Source of the DNA: an uncultured archaeon
GTDB taxonomy: Archaea; Thermoproteota; Nitrososphaeria_A; Caldarchaeales; Wolframiiraptoraceae
Length of the DNA stretch: 64,000 bases
Assembly (NCBI GenBank): GCA_938083505.1
Contig: CALKCF010000002.1
Coordinates: 96,001 to 160,000 of the forward strand
Reading direction: 5' to 3'
Shown: piece after piece, positions 18,797 to 28,472 of the stretch
Position numbering within the stretch: position 1 is the stretch's first letter
How the letters are laid out: every line of letters begins with the position of its first letter
The notes under the pieces: model-generated
What the model was told of the DNA's origin: nothing
Seen by the model: the letters and a program-made list of their open reading frames with translations, nothing else
Databases searched by the model: none
Program-made: the position numbers and the translations under genes

Positions 18797-18801
18797 TCAC
18801 C

Positions 18802-18957
18802 TTACTTTAAAATCCTAATGTTTTGGACGGACGGTTTAAGAATCTTCCCACATTTAGGACAGACGCCGGAATACTCCCGAACTACCTCATCAGGTGTCTT
18901 TAATTCATTACCTTCGTACAGCACGTAACCGCAGTGTCCGCAAGTTATTATCAACAA
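18802..18957 (-). CDS. Small zinc-ribbon protein (51 aa), absent from ORF track
   Basis: TTG start after GGTGG RBS; MLIITCGHCGYVLYEGNELKTPDEVVREYSGVCPKCGKILKPSVQNIRILK with two CxxC; stop abuts the aglB RBS. Confidence 0.8.
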   Translation of the reverse strand: MLIITCGHCGYVLYEGNELKTPDEVVREYSGVCPKCGKILKPSVQNIRILK

Positions 18958-19089
18958 GCCGACCACCGAGTTAATCATCAAAAATGTTTGTTAACGAGTT
19001 TTATATAGCTTTAGGAATCTTTAAAAACAACTGTAAATTAATTAATATAAACAAATTTCGATCATGTGACACTAAAACGGTGTTAGCGA

Positions 19090-19497
19090 ATGAAAAGAAA
19101 GTTGGAGGAACTTTACAACCGTTTTGTCGAATCATTTAATAAGTTCATTTCAGCAAGAGAGTTCAAGGTAGGTCTTCCATTAGCTGTTGCTTTGCTTGTA
19201 ATAATTCTTATGGGCGGGCTTCTATACTGTATCTCGAACCCGACCGTAGGCCCAGTGATATTCATAGAAGGTGTAGCCCGTGTTTTTATTCCTGACTATA
19301 TGATGCAAACTTCGGGTGAACTATTCGTCATGTTTACATACTACCTCATGGCCTTAATCGGCGTCATGCTTTACATCATGGCAGGAAGAGAGAGCTCTTT
19401 AGGTAGGAAGACAAAATACATGTATATCTTTAGTTTCATACTTTTGCTGATAGCATTCGTCGGTATACTATTAGCTCTACAGGCAAAAATTGGATAA
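19090..19497 (+). CDS. OST3/OST6 membrane-domain (DC2/OSTC-like) protein
   Basis: Three TM helices with GG..Y...P..G, F......Q...E and terminal K pattern as in DC2/OST3 family; divergent from aglB. Confidence 0.7.
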   Translation: MKRKLEELYNRFVESFNKFISAREFKVGLPLAVALLVIILMGGLLYCISNPTVGPVIFIEGVARVFIPDYMMQTSGELFVMFTYYLMALIGVMLYIMAGRESSLGRKTKYMYIFSFILLLIAFVGILLALQAKIG

Positions 19498-20169
19498 TCA
19501 GCCTACGGCCTCTATGCCCACATTCGTTATCTTAAACCTTTGCTCAAAAGGCGGCCCGCCCTTTTCAACCTTTAGGACCTTGATACCCATGGGAGAGTTC
19601 TCAAGTCTAAATATGACGTCGGACCAATATCTGACTATCCTAGACGCCACAGGTTTTATGCCCAAACCAGGTACTTCGTGAGTTTGTCCTACTATGATTA
19701 TTGGTATACCGTTCGTGAGGGCGACTTCTTTGAGTGAGGCCGTCTGAAACGTCAACCTTTTGAATATGGGCGCATCCTCCTTCACTTCTCCCTTCATTGC
19801 TATCCTGTGTAGGTATGTGTAATCATCAAGCACTATTAACCTCGTACTAGGTGATGTGCCTTCCAGTAAGCTTATAATCGTTGCTTCCTGCTCATCAAAA
19901 TCCTTAACGGGTGTGAGCATAAGCTTGGAAGCATCTACCCTGTTTGTAGAAAGTACTTGTAAGAGTCTTTTAACATGTATTCTTTCTCCACAATCTACCC
20001 ATACGACCTTACCACCAAGTTTGATGGTGTTTGCAGCTGCTAAAAGTGCGAGGCTCGTTTTGCCACTTTTCTCCTCACCATAGATAAAGTGAAGCACACC
20101 ACCTACGTAGCCACCTATGGCTAGGTCGAGTTTTGGCAGGCCAGTAGGGATGCGCATCATTCTCTGCAA
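19498..20169 (-). CDS. radB: RadB-like RecA/Rad51 paralogue
   Basis: IPTG..KLD..IGG, Walker A GEEKSGKT, LIVLDD Walker B, RYWSDVIFRL; no N-terminal HhH domain. Confidence 0.8.
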   Translation of the reverse strand: MQRMMRIPTGLPKLDLAIGGYVGGVLHFIYGEEKSGKTSLALLAAANTIKLGGKVVWVDCGERIHVKRLLQVLSTNRVDASKLMLTPVKDFDEQEATIISLLEGTSPSTRLIVLDDYTYLHRIAMKGEVKEDAPIFKRLTFQTASLKEVALTNGIPIIIVGQTHEVPGLGIKPVASRIVRYWSDVIFRLENSPMGIKVLKVEKGGPPFEQRFKITNVGIEAVG

Positions 20170-20292
20170 ATAATCATCACTAAACTCGCATTAAACATTT
20201 AACGCAGGTTTTGCAATATAAAGAACATTAGCTTCAATAAACTATTTAATTTATGATTTAGGGTTTTTGAAGATATCTAGAGGTGCCGTTAG

Positions 20293-21057
20293 ATGGTAAG
20301 TTTAGCCGAGGTCGTTAACAGTTTACCTGAGACAAAAAAGCTTTACCTCGATGACTCTTACAAAAGGGAAGCGGAATCTCGTGTGCTACGTTGGATAAGG
20401 GAAACGGGAAGAAAGGGTTACATTGTCGTTAGTGAGACAATAATGCACCCAAAATCCGGAGCTCAACCATCCGATCATGGCATTTTGGAAACTGTCGGTA
20501 CAACTTTCATGGTAAGCAAGGTCATGGAATACGGTGGCGTCATTGTACACTATGGTGAGGTATGCGGTAGCGATTTCAAGGAAGGTATGGATGTGAGAAT
20601 GCGCCTTGACTGGGAAAGGAGGTACAAGATAATGAGAACACATACCGCTGGCCATATACTGGATTATGCAATCGTAGCAGTCTGCGGAAGATCTTTTCAG
20701 TCCCAGTCGGCGATGCATGATGTGGGATACGGTTTCCAAGAATATCTCGGTGAGTATTCTGGTGATTTAAGAGAAAGGATAGAAGAAGTTGCTAACGTAG
20801 TCGTAGCGTCAAACAAGCCAGTCTTCGCGGAGTACGTGAATGTTTATGAGCTAAATAAGAAAGTTTTCGGTGCGCCTAACTTGGGCCGACTACCCCGTCT
20901 GGATGTTTATAGAATAGTAGTGATAGAAGGTATAAACGCAATACCATGCAGCGGAACCCATGTAAAGAGTACGTCTGAGGTTGGGCGTATAAATATTGAG
21001 TTAATTGAGCGGGTAGGTAATGGTTTCAGGATAAGTTACAAAGTTTTAGAGGGCTAA
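20293..21057 (+). CDS. alaX: Alanyl-tRNA editing protein AlaX (AlaX-M type)
   Basis: LYLDDSY, HP..GAQPSD.G, HTAGH and CSGTH zinc motifs. Confidence 0.9.
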   Translation: MVSLAEVVNSLPETKKLYLDDSYKREAESRVLRWIRETGRKGYIVVSETIMHPKSGAQPSDHGILETVGTTFMVSKVMEYGGVIVHYGEVCGSDFKEGMDVRMRLDWERRYKIMRTHTAGHILDYAIVAVCGRSFQSQSAMHDVGYGFQEYLGEYSGDLRERIEEVANVVVASNKPVFAEYVNVYELNKKVFGAPNLGRLPRLDVYRIVVIEGINAIPCSGTHVKSTSEVGRINIELIERVGNGFRISYKVLEG

Positions 21058-21854
21058 AATTCTCCGGATAGGTTATATTTTCTTACAAACCAGTCGCCGA
21101 TGTTCGGTGAAAGTGCGTTCAGCATAAGGAAAATTTTAACATTTTATCAGATTTGGGTATTATGACTTCGATCTTATCCTTTTCTACGGCATCGAGTATT
21201 GCAGCCGCCACTTGCTCTGGTGGAATAGGTCTTGTTACTTTTTCTATTGGGTAGCCTCAATTTCTCTATCAAAGATGTCTCGACGTATCCAGGGTAGACA
21301 TCCACAACACGTACACCTGTTCTGAATAACTCTTGTCTGAGAAGCTCTGTAAAGCCTATCAGAGCAAACTTGCTACATACGTAGCCAGGGGAGTGCTTCA
21401 AAGCCTTCTTACCTTCGACCGATGATACGTTTACTATAACACCCCCTGCCCCTCTTCAGCATTTCCTTCAAAGCCCTTAATGTGCAGTAAACGAGTCCGA
21501 AGAAATTTATCCTCATAACCTCTTCTATGTCCGTCGGGTCTGCCTTGGTCACTCCCCTTACGTCAGATACCCCAACGCTGTTTACGAGTATGTCCAAAGT
21601 TCCGAATGTTTGAGCAACCCAATCGATAAGCCTTTCAGTCTGTTGTCTGACACTCATATCCAAGGAAACGGGTATGCCTCAAATCCTTCGGAAATGAGAG
21701 CTTTCGCTATGGATTTAAGCTTATCAGCAGAACGTGCGGAAAGTATAGTCTTCGCTCCTTCCCTTGCAAAGGCTTCTGCTGTAGCCCTTCCTATTCCACT
21801 AGATACACCAACAACAAGGACGACGTGATTTTTAAGTCGTTCGCCCTTTGTCAT
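21054..21854 (-). pseudogene. Short-chain dehydrogenase/reductase pseudogene (multiple frameshifts)
   Basis: Consecutive fragments in different frames: GVSSGIG, LDILVNSVG..INFFG, YVCSK..PGYVET. Confidence 0.85.
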
Positions 21855-21957
21855 AATATGTATTACTATGGTGCTGTGTTTTTGAGCTTTGTCCTTGATA
21901 GTTCATACATTACTCGGATGATAAGTTCTTTGATGAGGTAGTCCTTGTTGAGTATAG

Positions 21958-22073
21958 CGCCGGGGCTGGGATTTGAACCCAGGCGACCCTCGTCGGGTCA
22001 GCGGCTTTCTTGACCAGCTTGTCCTCTTACAAGATCTCGAGGCCGCCCCTATACCTGGCTAAGGGACCCCGGC
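21958..22073 (-). tRNA. tRNA-Ser (CGA) with about 29-nt intron (about 22007-22035)
   Basis: Acceptor GCCGGGG/CCCCGGC-G, anticodon stem GCGGC/GCCGC, CT-CGA, long variable arm GACCC/GGGTC, TTCAAAT T-loop. Confidence 0.88.
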
Positions 22074-22179
22074 CCAAGAACTATACCGTTCCTTAATAAT
22101 ATTAATATTTTAGGTTAGTTTTTACATTATGTTATACATTAAATGTTAAAAGCTCAACACAATAATTAATTAATTCGTA

Positions 22180-22932
22180 TTACATCAGGTCGCCGCACTC
22201 GCACAAGGCTTCATGAATTAGAGCGTATAGGTCACTCATACCTTCACCTGTTTTAACCGAAGTCTTAACTATCCTAACAGTTTTAGATAATTCCTCAACC
22301 AATTCGATAAATTTCGATGTCAGATCTACTATCAGCCCCCTTTCTTCGGACATTAGCTTTTCTTTTAGATTACGTAAATCTATTGAGAATTCTTCAACTT
22401 TGCGAACTTCAGGTAGATCAGCTTTATTTATCACAGAGATTACTGGAATTCCCAATCTGAACCTAGTTATTATTGGCAGTAAGAACGACGTGACTAAACC
22501 GCTTAGATCGGAAGCCAAAGCAGGGTCAATTATGTACACAGAGACCGTCGGAGCGTGTTTGGATATCTCTTCGATAAATCTTGGACCCATAGGTCTAAAC
22601 AAAAAGAGCTCTATCTGTCCAGGAGTATCTATAAGCTTAAAGTCCGATTCTAGATTATAGATTTTTCTAGATACTTCAGAGATGTTCTCTTCTATTATCT
22701 CGGCTGCTCTAATCATCGCTCCATTAGGTCCTAACCCATACTTCATCAATCTATCAACGGTTATTATCTCCCTTACATCGTATGAGGGGTTGTACGGTAT
22801 CCTATGAACTCCGGGGTCTAAATTGACATAAGACACGTCTGTACCTAGCTCATGCTCTAACCACTTGCCAAAAACATATGTCAAACTAGTCTTTCCACAA
22901 CCAGCCGTGCCAATAAAAACTATATTTAACAT
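22180..22932 (-). CDS. GPN-loop GTPase
   Basis: GTAGCGKT, NLDPG, GLGPNG, DTPGQIE, NKAD. Confidence 0.93.
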   Translation of the reverse strand: MLNIVFIGTAGCGKTSLTYVFGKWLEHELGTDVSYVNLDPGVHRIPYNPSYDVREIITVDRLMKYGLGPNGAMIRAAEIIEENISEVSRKIYNLESDFKLIDTPGQIELFLFRPMGPRFIEEISKHAPTVSVYIIDPALASDLSGLVTSFLLPIITRFRLGIPVISVINKADLPEVRKVEEFSIDLRNLKEKLMSEERGLIVDLTSKFIELVEELSKTVRIVKTSVKTGEGMSDLYALIHEALCECGDLM

Positions 22933-23001
22933 CGTTACGGAAATAGGAAATAATTTGTAAACTTATAAACCTTAGAACCTGACGATATCTAATCACAATT
23001 C

Positions 23002-23337
23002 CTATTTTGGTAACCATTCACTTAATAGTTTACGATACCATCTGTCCTCCTCGTATATTTCTTCGTACTTTCCACTCTCTGAAGCTATCTTTGCGGCTAA
23101 TAGATGATAACACATAGGCTTCTCATGACTTAATACTCTAAAATAGAAATCGTCGCATGTGCAGTATCCTGCTTTGAGTAAAATGAGATAATCTTGTGTT
23201 CTACCCACAACAACCCATCTCGTCCTACCACTCGGTTTGAAGACGTACCGCTTCACGAGACCCTTCTCTACGGCCTCGAGTGCTTCCTCATACATTAACC
23301 CATATTTCTCCTTCAACGAACTTAACTCATCCTTCAT
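23002..23337 (-). CDS. SWIM zinc-finger protein (SWS1/ZSWIM7-like)
   Basis: PSGR..W.V.G, YCTCDDF..VL, CYHLLA (CxC-x-CxH). Confidence 0.85.
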   Translation of the reverse strand: MKDELSSLKEKYGLMYEEALEAVEKGLVKRYVFKPSGRTRWVVVGRTQDYLILLKAGYCTCDDFYFRVLSHEKPMCYHLLAAKIASESGKYEEIYEEDRWYRKLLSEWLPK

Positions 23338-24140
23338 GCAAACTCCCTTAAATCTGAAACCTTGCCCAGATGTGTGCCATCAAGCATGTAAACTTCAGCT
23401 TTAGAGAGGTCAAATAAGCCTGATTTCATTAGTGGTCCCAACAGTTCATGTCCCTCTGATATGGTGTTCACAGCAACGCCCGAAAGAAAATCGTTGAAGG
23501 ACGGCATCACTAAAAGACTCAGGCGTCCCCTCGGAGCCTTCGAGCCATGTTTACGTCTTAACCTTCTCACGAATGAAGATCTGTCAGTTTCTAGATTTAA
23601 CCAAACTCTCTTTCTGATTGTGAAGCCGAGTTCCGCACGTAGTCTGACGACAGGGTGTATGTGTCCCATCACAAGCATATCGGCGTTGGAGAGGAGCATA
23701 TATGGCCACGTATGGCCGTGGAATAAGCCGACCTTATGTTCTCCAACTTCTATCATGAAACCTCTCGAAGGTGCATAGATAACGGAGTCGCCGAGTATCT
23801 TGCTTATACTAGCATCATGATTTCCTGGAACCAGTACGACCTCATCAACCATCCTCCGAACGTCTTCAACCATGCTAGACAAATACCTCCACTCGGTCTT
23901 AGAGATCCCGGGAACCTTATGTTTAAGGTCGCCTAAGATTATTAACTTTTTAGCTTTAGTTTTCTCTATTAATTGCTTAATTTCTTCTATTAGTCTCCAG
24001 CTTTGAGAAGGAACTCTAAAGCCAATCTCATGAAGTTCTTCCTCGAAACCTACATGAACGTCTGATATTATGAGAGTCTTAACTGGTCGTTCAACCATTA
24101 GGACAGGTGCTTCTGGTATCTTAAATAAGATCGGCCTCAA
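23334..24140 (-). CDS. ICC-like metallophosphoesterase (COG1407)
   Basis: SDVHVG, GDLKH, GNHD, HGH, GHIHP, MPSFN. Confidence 0.88.
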   Translation of the reverse strand: MRPILFKIPEAPVLMVERPVKTLIISDVHVGFEEELHEIGFRVPSQSWRLIEEIKQLIEKTKAKKLIILGDLKHKVPGISKTEWRYLSSMVEDVRRMVDEVVLVPGNHDASISKILGDSVIYAPSRGFMIEVGEHKVGLFHGHTWPYMLLSNADMLVMGHIHPVVRLRAELGFTIRKRVWLNLETDRSSFVRRLRRKHGSKAPRGRLSLLVMPSFNDFLSGVAVNTISEGHELLGPLMKSGLFDLSKAEVYMLDGTHLGKVSDLREFA

Positions 24141-24184
24141 TCATACTTCTGGTTGAGAGTCCAAAATTTATAGTTAAGCCTAAT

Positions 24185-25309
24185 TTACCGCTTAGTAAGC
24201 TCTGCTAACCTTTCAGGTAAGAATTCCTTCACGATAAACTCTAGACCGTACCTAGAAAAGGCCTCAAGTTCTGCTTTTCTTCCAATTTTCGAGAATACAG
24301 CTAACTCCCTCTTCCAAGGATCGGTCTGGTATCTTGGGTCTCTTTTTAGTTCTTCCAATCGTTTCGCGTCCTGTTCGGTAAATTTCATGGAAGGTAGCTT
24401 ATATTTGATTATGTCAGATGCGTATAAACCAGCCCACACAGCATCAGGGATGTTCAGTTCGCGCAGATGTGCTGATATAGCCGAGCCATGTATTAAGACA
24501 GATGCTATGTGAACACCGAACGGGTCTGCATCTGCAAATATGTAAACAGGGAGATTAAGCTCCTCATTCAACCTCCTGATCAGCTTCCTTGCGTTTCTTG
24601 GAGATTGTCCAGCCGTATGGATAAGGAGGGCCTTATATTTCTTGTCAGCCCCTTCCTCAACAAACCTTGCGAAGACTGCACCCTTCTCTATAACGAAGAG
24701 AACTTCGGCACCACACTTGATGAATTCGGCAGTTGTGAGAGCTGGACCTATGGCGAAACCATCTGGGTGTGATGAAAGATCAACCCTTTTGCCTCTGAAT
24801 CCTGGCACTGTGTACTCTATCACTAAGTCACCATATATAGAGGCCCTTTCTTCTGGAAATATGTTAAGGTCCTCCCTAGGATGTCCTAGCAAACTTTCTA
24901 ACTCGACTATTGCCTCGTCACTTTCATCCTGATCCTCAAAATCTATGCCCTCGCCTATAGCAACATAGTACGTATCTCTAAGGGTGGAGGTCTTGCCAGC
25001 CTTTATCAACTTCTTAGCAAAGCTGCTGATCCAGATTACCTGGGCGAATGGTCTAAGATGTTTAACGTTCTTCGTTGTCCTTAAAATGTATTTGTCTCCT
25101 AGGACATATTGTCTTAAGTTGGGATCATATATTATGTTGCTCGTTGCTCTCAACGGAAGCTGTATTTCTGGGAAAACACCGTTCTCGAGATTGTTCACTA
25201 TCTTCTCGCCTAATCGTGTCAAGGATTGTAATACGCTCTCCTTAATTTTATCGATCTTGTAGTAATGTCTCGTACGTTCATTGTCTTGCCCGCCCTCCAT
25301 AATCATCAC
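24185..25309 (-). CDS. top6A: DNA topoisomerase VI subunit A (Spo11 family)
   Basis: TLRDTYY catalytic Tyr, Q.ESD, IEKGA Toprim Glu, DADPFG, KAELEA. Confidence 0.93.
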   Translation of the reverse strand: MMIMEGGQDNERTRHYYKIDKIKESVLQSLTRLGEKIVNNLENGVFPEIQLPLRATSNIIYDPNLRQYVLGDKYILRTTKNVKHLRPFAQVIWISSFAKKLIKAGKTSTLRDTYYVAIGEGIDFEDQDESDEAIVELESLLGHPREDLNIFPEERASIYGDLVIEYTVPGFRGKRVDLSSHPDGFAIGPALTTAEFIKCGAEVLFVIEKGAVFARFVEEGADKKYKALLIHTAGQSPRNARKLIRRLNEELNLPVYIFADADPFGVHIASVLIHGSAISAHLRELNIPDAVWAGLYASDIIKYKLPSMKFTEQDAKRLEELKRDPRYQTDPWKRELAVFSKIGRKAELEAFSRYGLEFIVKEFLPERLAELTKR

Positions 25310-25417
25310 CTGTCCACCTTTCTTCGCTTCCTTTATTTATAGCTTAGATATATAAAGCATATATGCAACTAAGATTTATCTTAAAGTAACATCTTACTTG
25401 CTGACGGGCGTGCGAAG

Positions 25418-25792
25418 TTGGATGCTAAACTAGAAGTCAAAGCACCTCTGAACCCGACTGAGGATGAGGAAAAAGTTGTGAAAAGTATCCTAAGCATATT
25501 TAAAGTCAAGGTGAACGTAATGCAAGGTGAGGCAATAGGTTGTTCTGAAAATATATCCTCACTCGAAAAGTTAAAACGTATGATAAGGCAAAAAAGAATA
25601 AGGTTTACTGCCAGGGCCATTATGAAAAGCGGTATAAAAGGCAACATCGTGGAATTCTATCTACATAAACAAGCAGCGTACGCTGGTAAAGTGTCGTTTT
25701 CAAATGTTGAGGGTGAATCGCCGCTCGGTCCTATTAAAGTTATAATAAAAACAGATGATCCGGACAAACTGATAGAATGGCTCACTGAATGA
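25418..25792 (+). CDS. UPF0201 RNA-binding domain protein
   Basis: PTEDEEKV, IR.TAR, LHKQAAYAG, ESPLGPI. Confidence 0.9.
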   Translation: MDAKLEVKAPLNPTEDEEKVVKSILSIFKVKVNVMQGEAIGCSENISSLEKLKRMIRQKRIRFTARAIMKSGIKGNIVEFYLHKQAAYAGKVSFSNVEGESPLGPIKVIIKTDDPDKLIEWLTE

Positions 25793-25810
25793 TAACAGGA
25801 TGTAAAAAGC

Positions 25811-26563
25811 ATGATACCGTGTGTATCAACACTCTTCGTTCACGAATCGCCGTTCGGCAGGATTCTAGAATGGTTAAAACGTTTGAGAGCTAGAGCATGG
25901 GAGATAATAGACGAAAAACCCAATGAGTTAGACATAAAAAAAGTTGAAAGTTACAAGGGTGCGTTATCTAACGAGTTAACATTGATAAACGTTCACGGTC
26001 CCTATAACCCACTAACATTCGGGCATTTTTGGTTTAAAAGACTTGAAGCTACGATTTTGTTGGCTGGGCTGTTACACTCTAAATATGTTGTGCTTCATAT
26101 TCCAAAGCGCGAAGATTTTGAAGTCATGCTTGAAAATTTAGAAAAACTGGCCCATACCGCCTCAAAATTTGAAATAAATCTGCTCGTTGAAAACTGCACA
26201 TCAAATGAGAGCGCATACCTAAATACTTTTGAAGATTTCGTCATACTCTTCGATACAACATCTACAAAAAATCTAGGCCTATGCCTAGATGTAGGCCACG
26301 CTTACATTGAAAGGGAGTTAGATGATTTTTTGAGTAAACTTTATGAAAGGTTCATGAACGTTCATTTACATGATAACGACGGATTACATGACTTACACAT
26401 GCCGTTAGACACTGGGAAGATTCCGTGGCGGAAAATTCTAGAAACATTGGCTAGAAAAGGATACGAGGGGTTTATTACGTTAGAGTGTAAGAGCAAAATA
26501 GAAGACAGCCTAAATAAATTAAACGAAACTACACTCAGGTTTAGTAGTCTTCGAACGTTTTAG
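25811..26563 (+). CDS. Sugar-phosphate isomerase/epimerase (AP endonuclease 2 TIM-barrel family)
   Basis: VHGP, VEN, LDVGHA, VHLHDN.G..DLH, ITLE. Confidence 0.85.
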   Translation: MIPCVSTLFVHESPFGRILEWLKRLRARAWEIIDEKPNELDIKKVESYKGALSNELTLINVHGPYNPLTFGHFWFKRLEATILLAGLLHSKYVVLHIPKREDFEVMLENLEKLAHTASKFEINLLVENCTSNESAYLNTFEDFVILFDTTSTKNLGLCLDVGHAYIERELDDFLSKLYERFMNVHLHDNDGLHDLHMPLDTGKIPWRKILETLARKGYEGFITLECKSKIEDSLNKLNETTLRFSSLRTF

Positions 26564-26588
26564 TGGAGTAGAGATTTTAGTTTTTATA

Positions 26589-27503
26589 ATGGAATTTTGG
26601 TGTAGAATAACTATCATGCCTGGATTACTTCTTTCGTTACTGTCGGCCGTGACCTTTGGGCTGAACTCGGTCGTAATGAGAAGGGGGCTTATAATTGGTG
26701 ACGTTTATCCAAGCGTATGGATCAGCTTATTATTCGCAACACCCTACACAGCCATCATCTCGTTTTTTACCGGTGAGATATTGGCTCTAACTAATTTGAG
26801 TACCACGGCAATAATCTATTTCGTTTTAGCAGGCATATCGAACTTCCTTATCGTAAGGTATTTAGTATATATGGCCATAAAGTTAGCTGGTGCTACTGTA
26901 ACCCTTCCGATAGTTTCGGGTAACACGTTGATAACTGTTTTTCTTGGAATAATTTTACTTAGAGAAGAGATTTCATCTAGGTCGATAGTTGCAGCAATTC
27001 TCGTTGTAATCGGCATTGCACTCATTACAAATAGAAAAGCCTATGCAGAAAGCGATCACGGATATTTCACAAACTTCAAGCGAGGTGCAGCTTATGCCAT
27101 TCTCGCAATGTTGAGTCTCAGTATATCGTCGATCACAGTTAGGTTAGGTGCGCTCGAGACGGGCTTACCATCACTAGGTCTGCTGATCTCGAATTTTTTC
27201 GCTCTGATAACATGTTCTATCTTCCTAGCGTTTCCAAACTATAAAAAAGAAGTTTTTAGTACCAACATGAAAGCCAGACATTATTTTCTTTTAGGTGCAT
27301 TCTTGGTAACGAACGGTCAGCTGACACGCTATGTTGCGCTTGCACATTCACCGGTCAGCATTGCATCACCGATTATTAATAGCTATCCTTTATTTACTTT
27401 AATATTATCTTACATATTTAATAGAAAGATCGAGGTTTTCGATTGGAAAGTCATCGTAGGTACACTTCTAGCAATGACGGCACTAATTTTACTCTTCACC
27501 TAG
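26589..27503 (+). CDS. DMT/EamA family transporter
   Basis: Two EamA repeats, about 10 TM helices, LLREEI motif. Confidence 0.88.
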   Translation: MEFWCRITIMPGLLLSLLSAVTFGLNSVVMRRGLIIGDVYPSVWISLLFATPYTAIISFFTGEILALTNLSTTAIIYFVLAGISNFLIVRYLVYMAIKLAGATVTLPIVSGNTLITVFLGIILLREEISSRSIVAAILVVIGIALITNRKAYAESDHGYFTNFKRGAAYAILAMLSLSISSITVRLGALETGLPSLGLLISNFFALITCSIFLAFPNYKKEVFSTNMKARHYFLLGAFLVTNGQLTRYVALAHSPVSIASPIINSYPLFTLILSYIFNRKIEVFDWKVIVGTLLAMTALILLFT

Positions 27504-28418
27504 GGGATATGGTACATCATACTGCATAAGGTCTTCAGAGAGGTATGTTTGTGGAAATATACTCCTTGCCTCTGACAAAAGTCGCTCAGGGTCGTTATCG
27601 TAGCGGGGGCTTATGTGAAATAAATACAACCTCTTTACAGCAGCTGCGGCGGCAGTCTCTGCTGCTTCTTTTGCAGTGGAGTGACCTTCCATCTTGGCCC
27701 TTTCCAAAAGTTCATGAGAGAATGTTGCATCGTGTATCAGTACATCGGCATTTATGCTGAACTCTACAATCCTATCGGTAGGTCTTGTGTCTCCTGTGTA
27801 AACTACGATCCTCCCCTTCCTTGGAGGGCCGACTGCTTCTTCCGGTGTTATCTTACTACCTTTGTAAACTACGGTGCACCCTCTTTGTAATTTACCCCAT
27901 AGGGGACCTCTTGGTAGACCTATGCTCTCTAGGTATTCTACGCGCATCTTACCTGGTCTTTCCTTTTCTTGAAGTTTGTACGCTAACGAATAGACGCTAT
28001 GCACTGTTTTTATGGCCTCCACTTTATATTCTTGTGAGGTGTACACAATACCTTCATCTACTTCGAATATCTTTAGAGGGAAACTGGTTGCACCACATGT
28101 AGTAACAAGTAAGGCTTTAACAACTTCCTTCGTGCCAACAGGACCGTAAATTTCAATTGAGTCGTTTCTACCTAACATAGACATCGTGTACAACAGACCC
28201 GGCAAGCCTAATACATGGTCTCCGTGAAGATGAGTTAAGAAGATCTTAAAATTCCTTTTGAAACCCAACCCAGCCAGCATTGCTTGCCTTTGTGTTGATT
28301 CCCCGCAATCAAACAAAAGCGTACTACCTGCGTATTTGATCGCAATGGCTGGAAGGCCACGTCTCCTGCTTGGCATGCCACCCCCAGTGCCCAAGAAAAT
28401 TATCCTCATGACCGTCAA
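27489..28418 (-). CDS. rnz: Ribonuclease Z
   Basis: FLGTGGGMP, DCGE, THLHGDH, GP-rich exosite, GDTRP, HDATF, HISPRY. Confidence 0.96.
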   Translation of the reverse strand: MTVMRIIFLGTGGGMPSRRRGLPAIAIKYAGSTLLFDCGESTQRQAMLAGLGFKRNFKIFLTHLHGDHVLGLPGLLYTMSMLGRNDSIEIYGPVGTKEVVKALLVTTCGATSFPLKIFEVDEGIVYTSQEYKVEAIKTVHSVYSLAYKLQEKERPGKMRVEYLESIGLPRGPLWGKLQRGCTVVYKGSKITPEEAVGPPRKGRIVVYTGDTRPTDRIVEFSINADVLIHDATFSHELLERAKMEGHSTAKEAAETAAAAAVKRLYLFHISPRYDNDPERLLSEARSIFPQTYLSEDLMQYDVPYPLGEE

Positions 28419-28472
28419 TCAGCATTCCTACCGAAGATCGTCCTGATATCTTGGTTTTTAATTATTGTTACT

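Noticed and set aside
21896-21952. TGATGA/TTGA words suggesting a second C/D sRNA
   Set aside because: Box order and spacing are poor, no terminal stem or promoter; the opposite strand looks like a coding remnant
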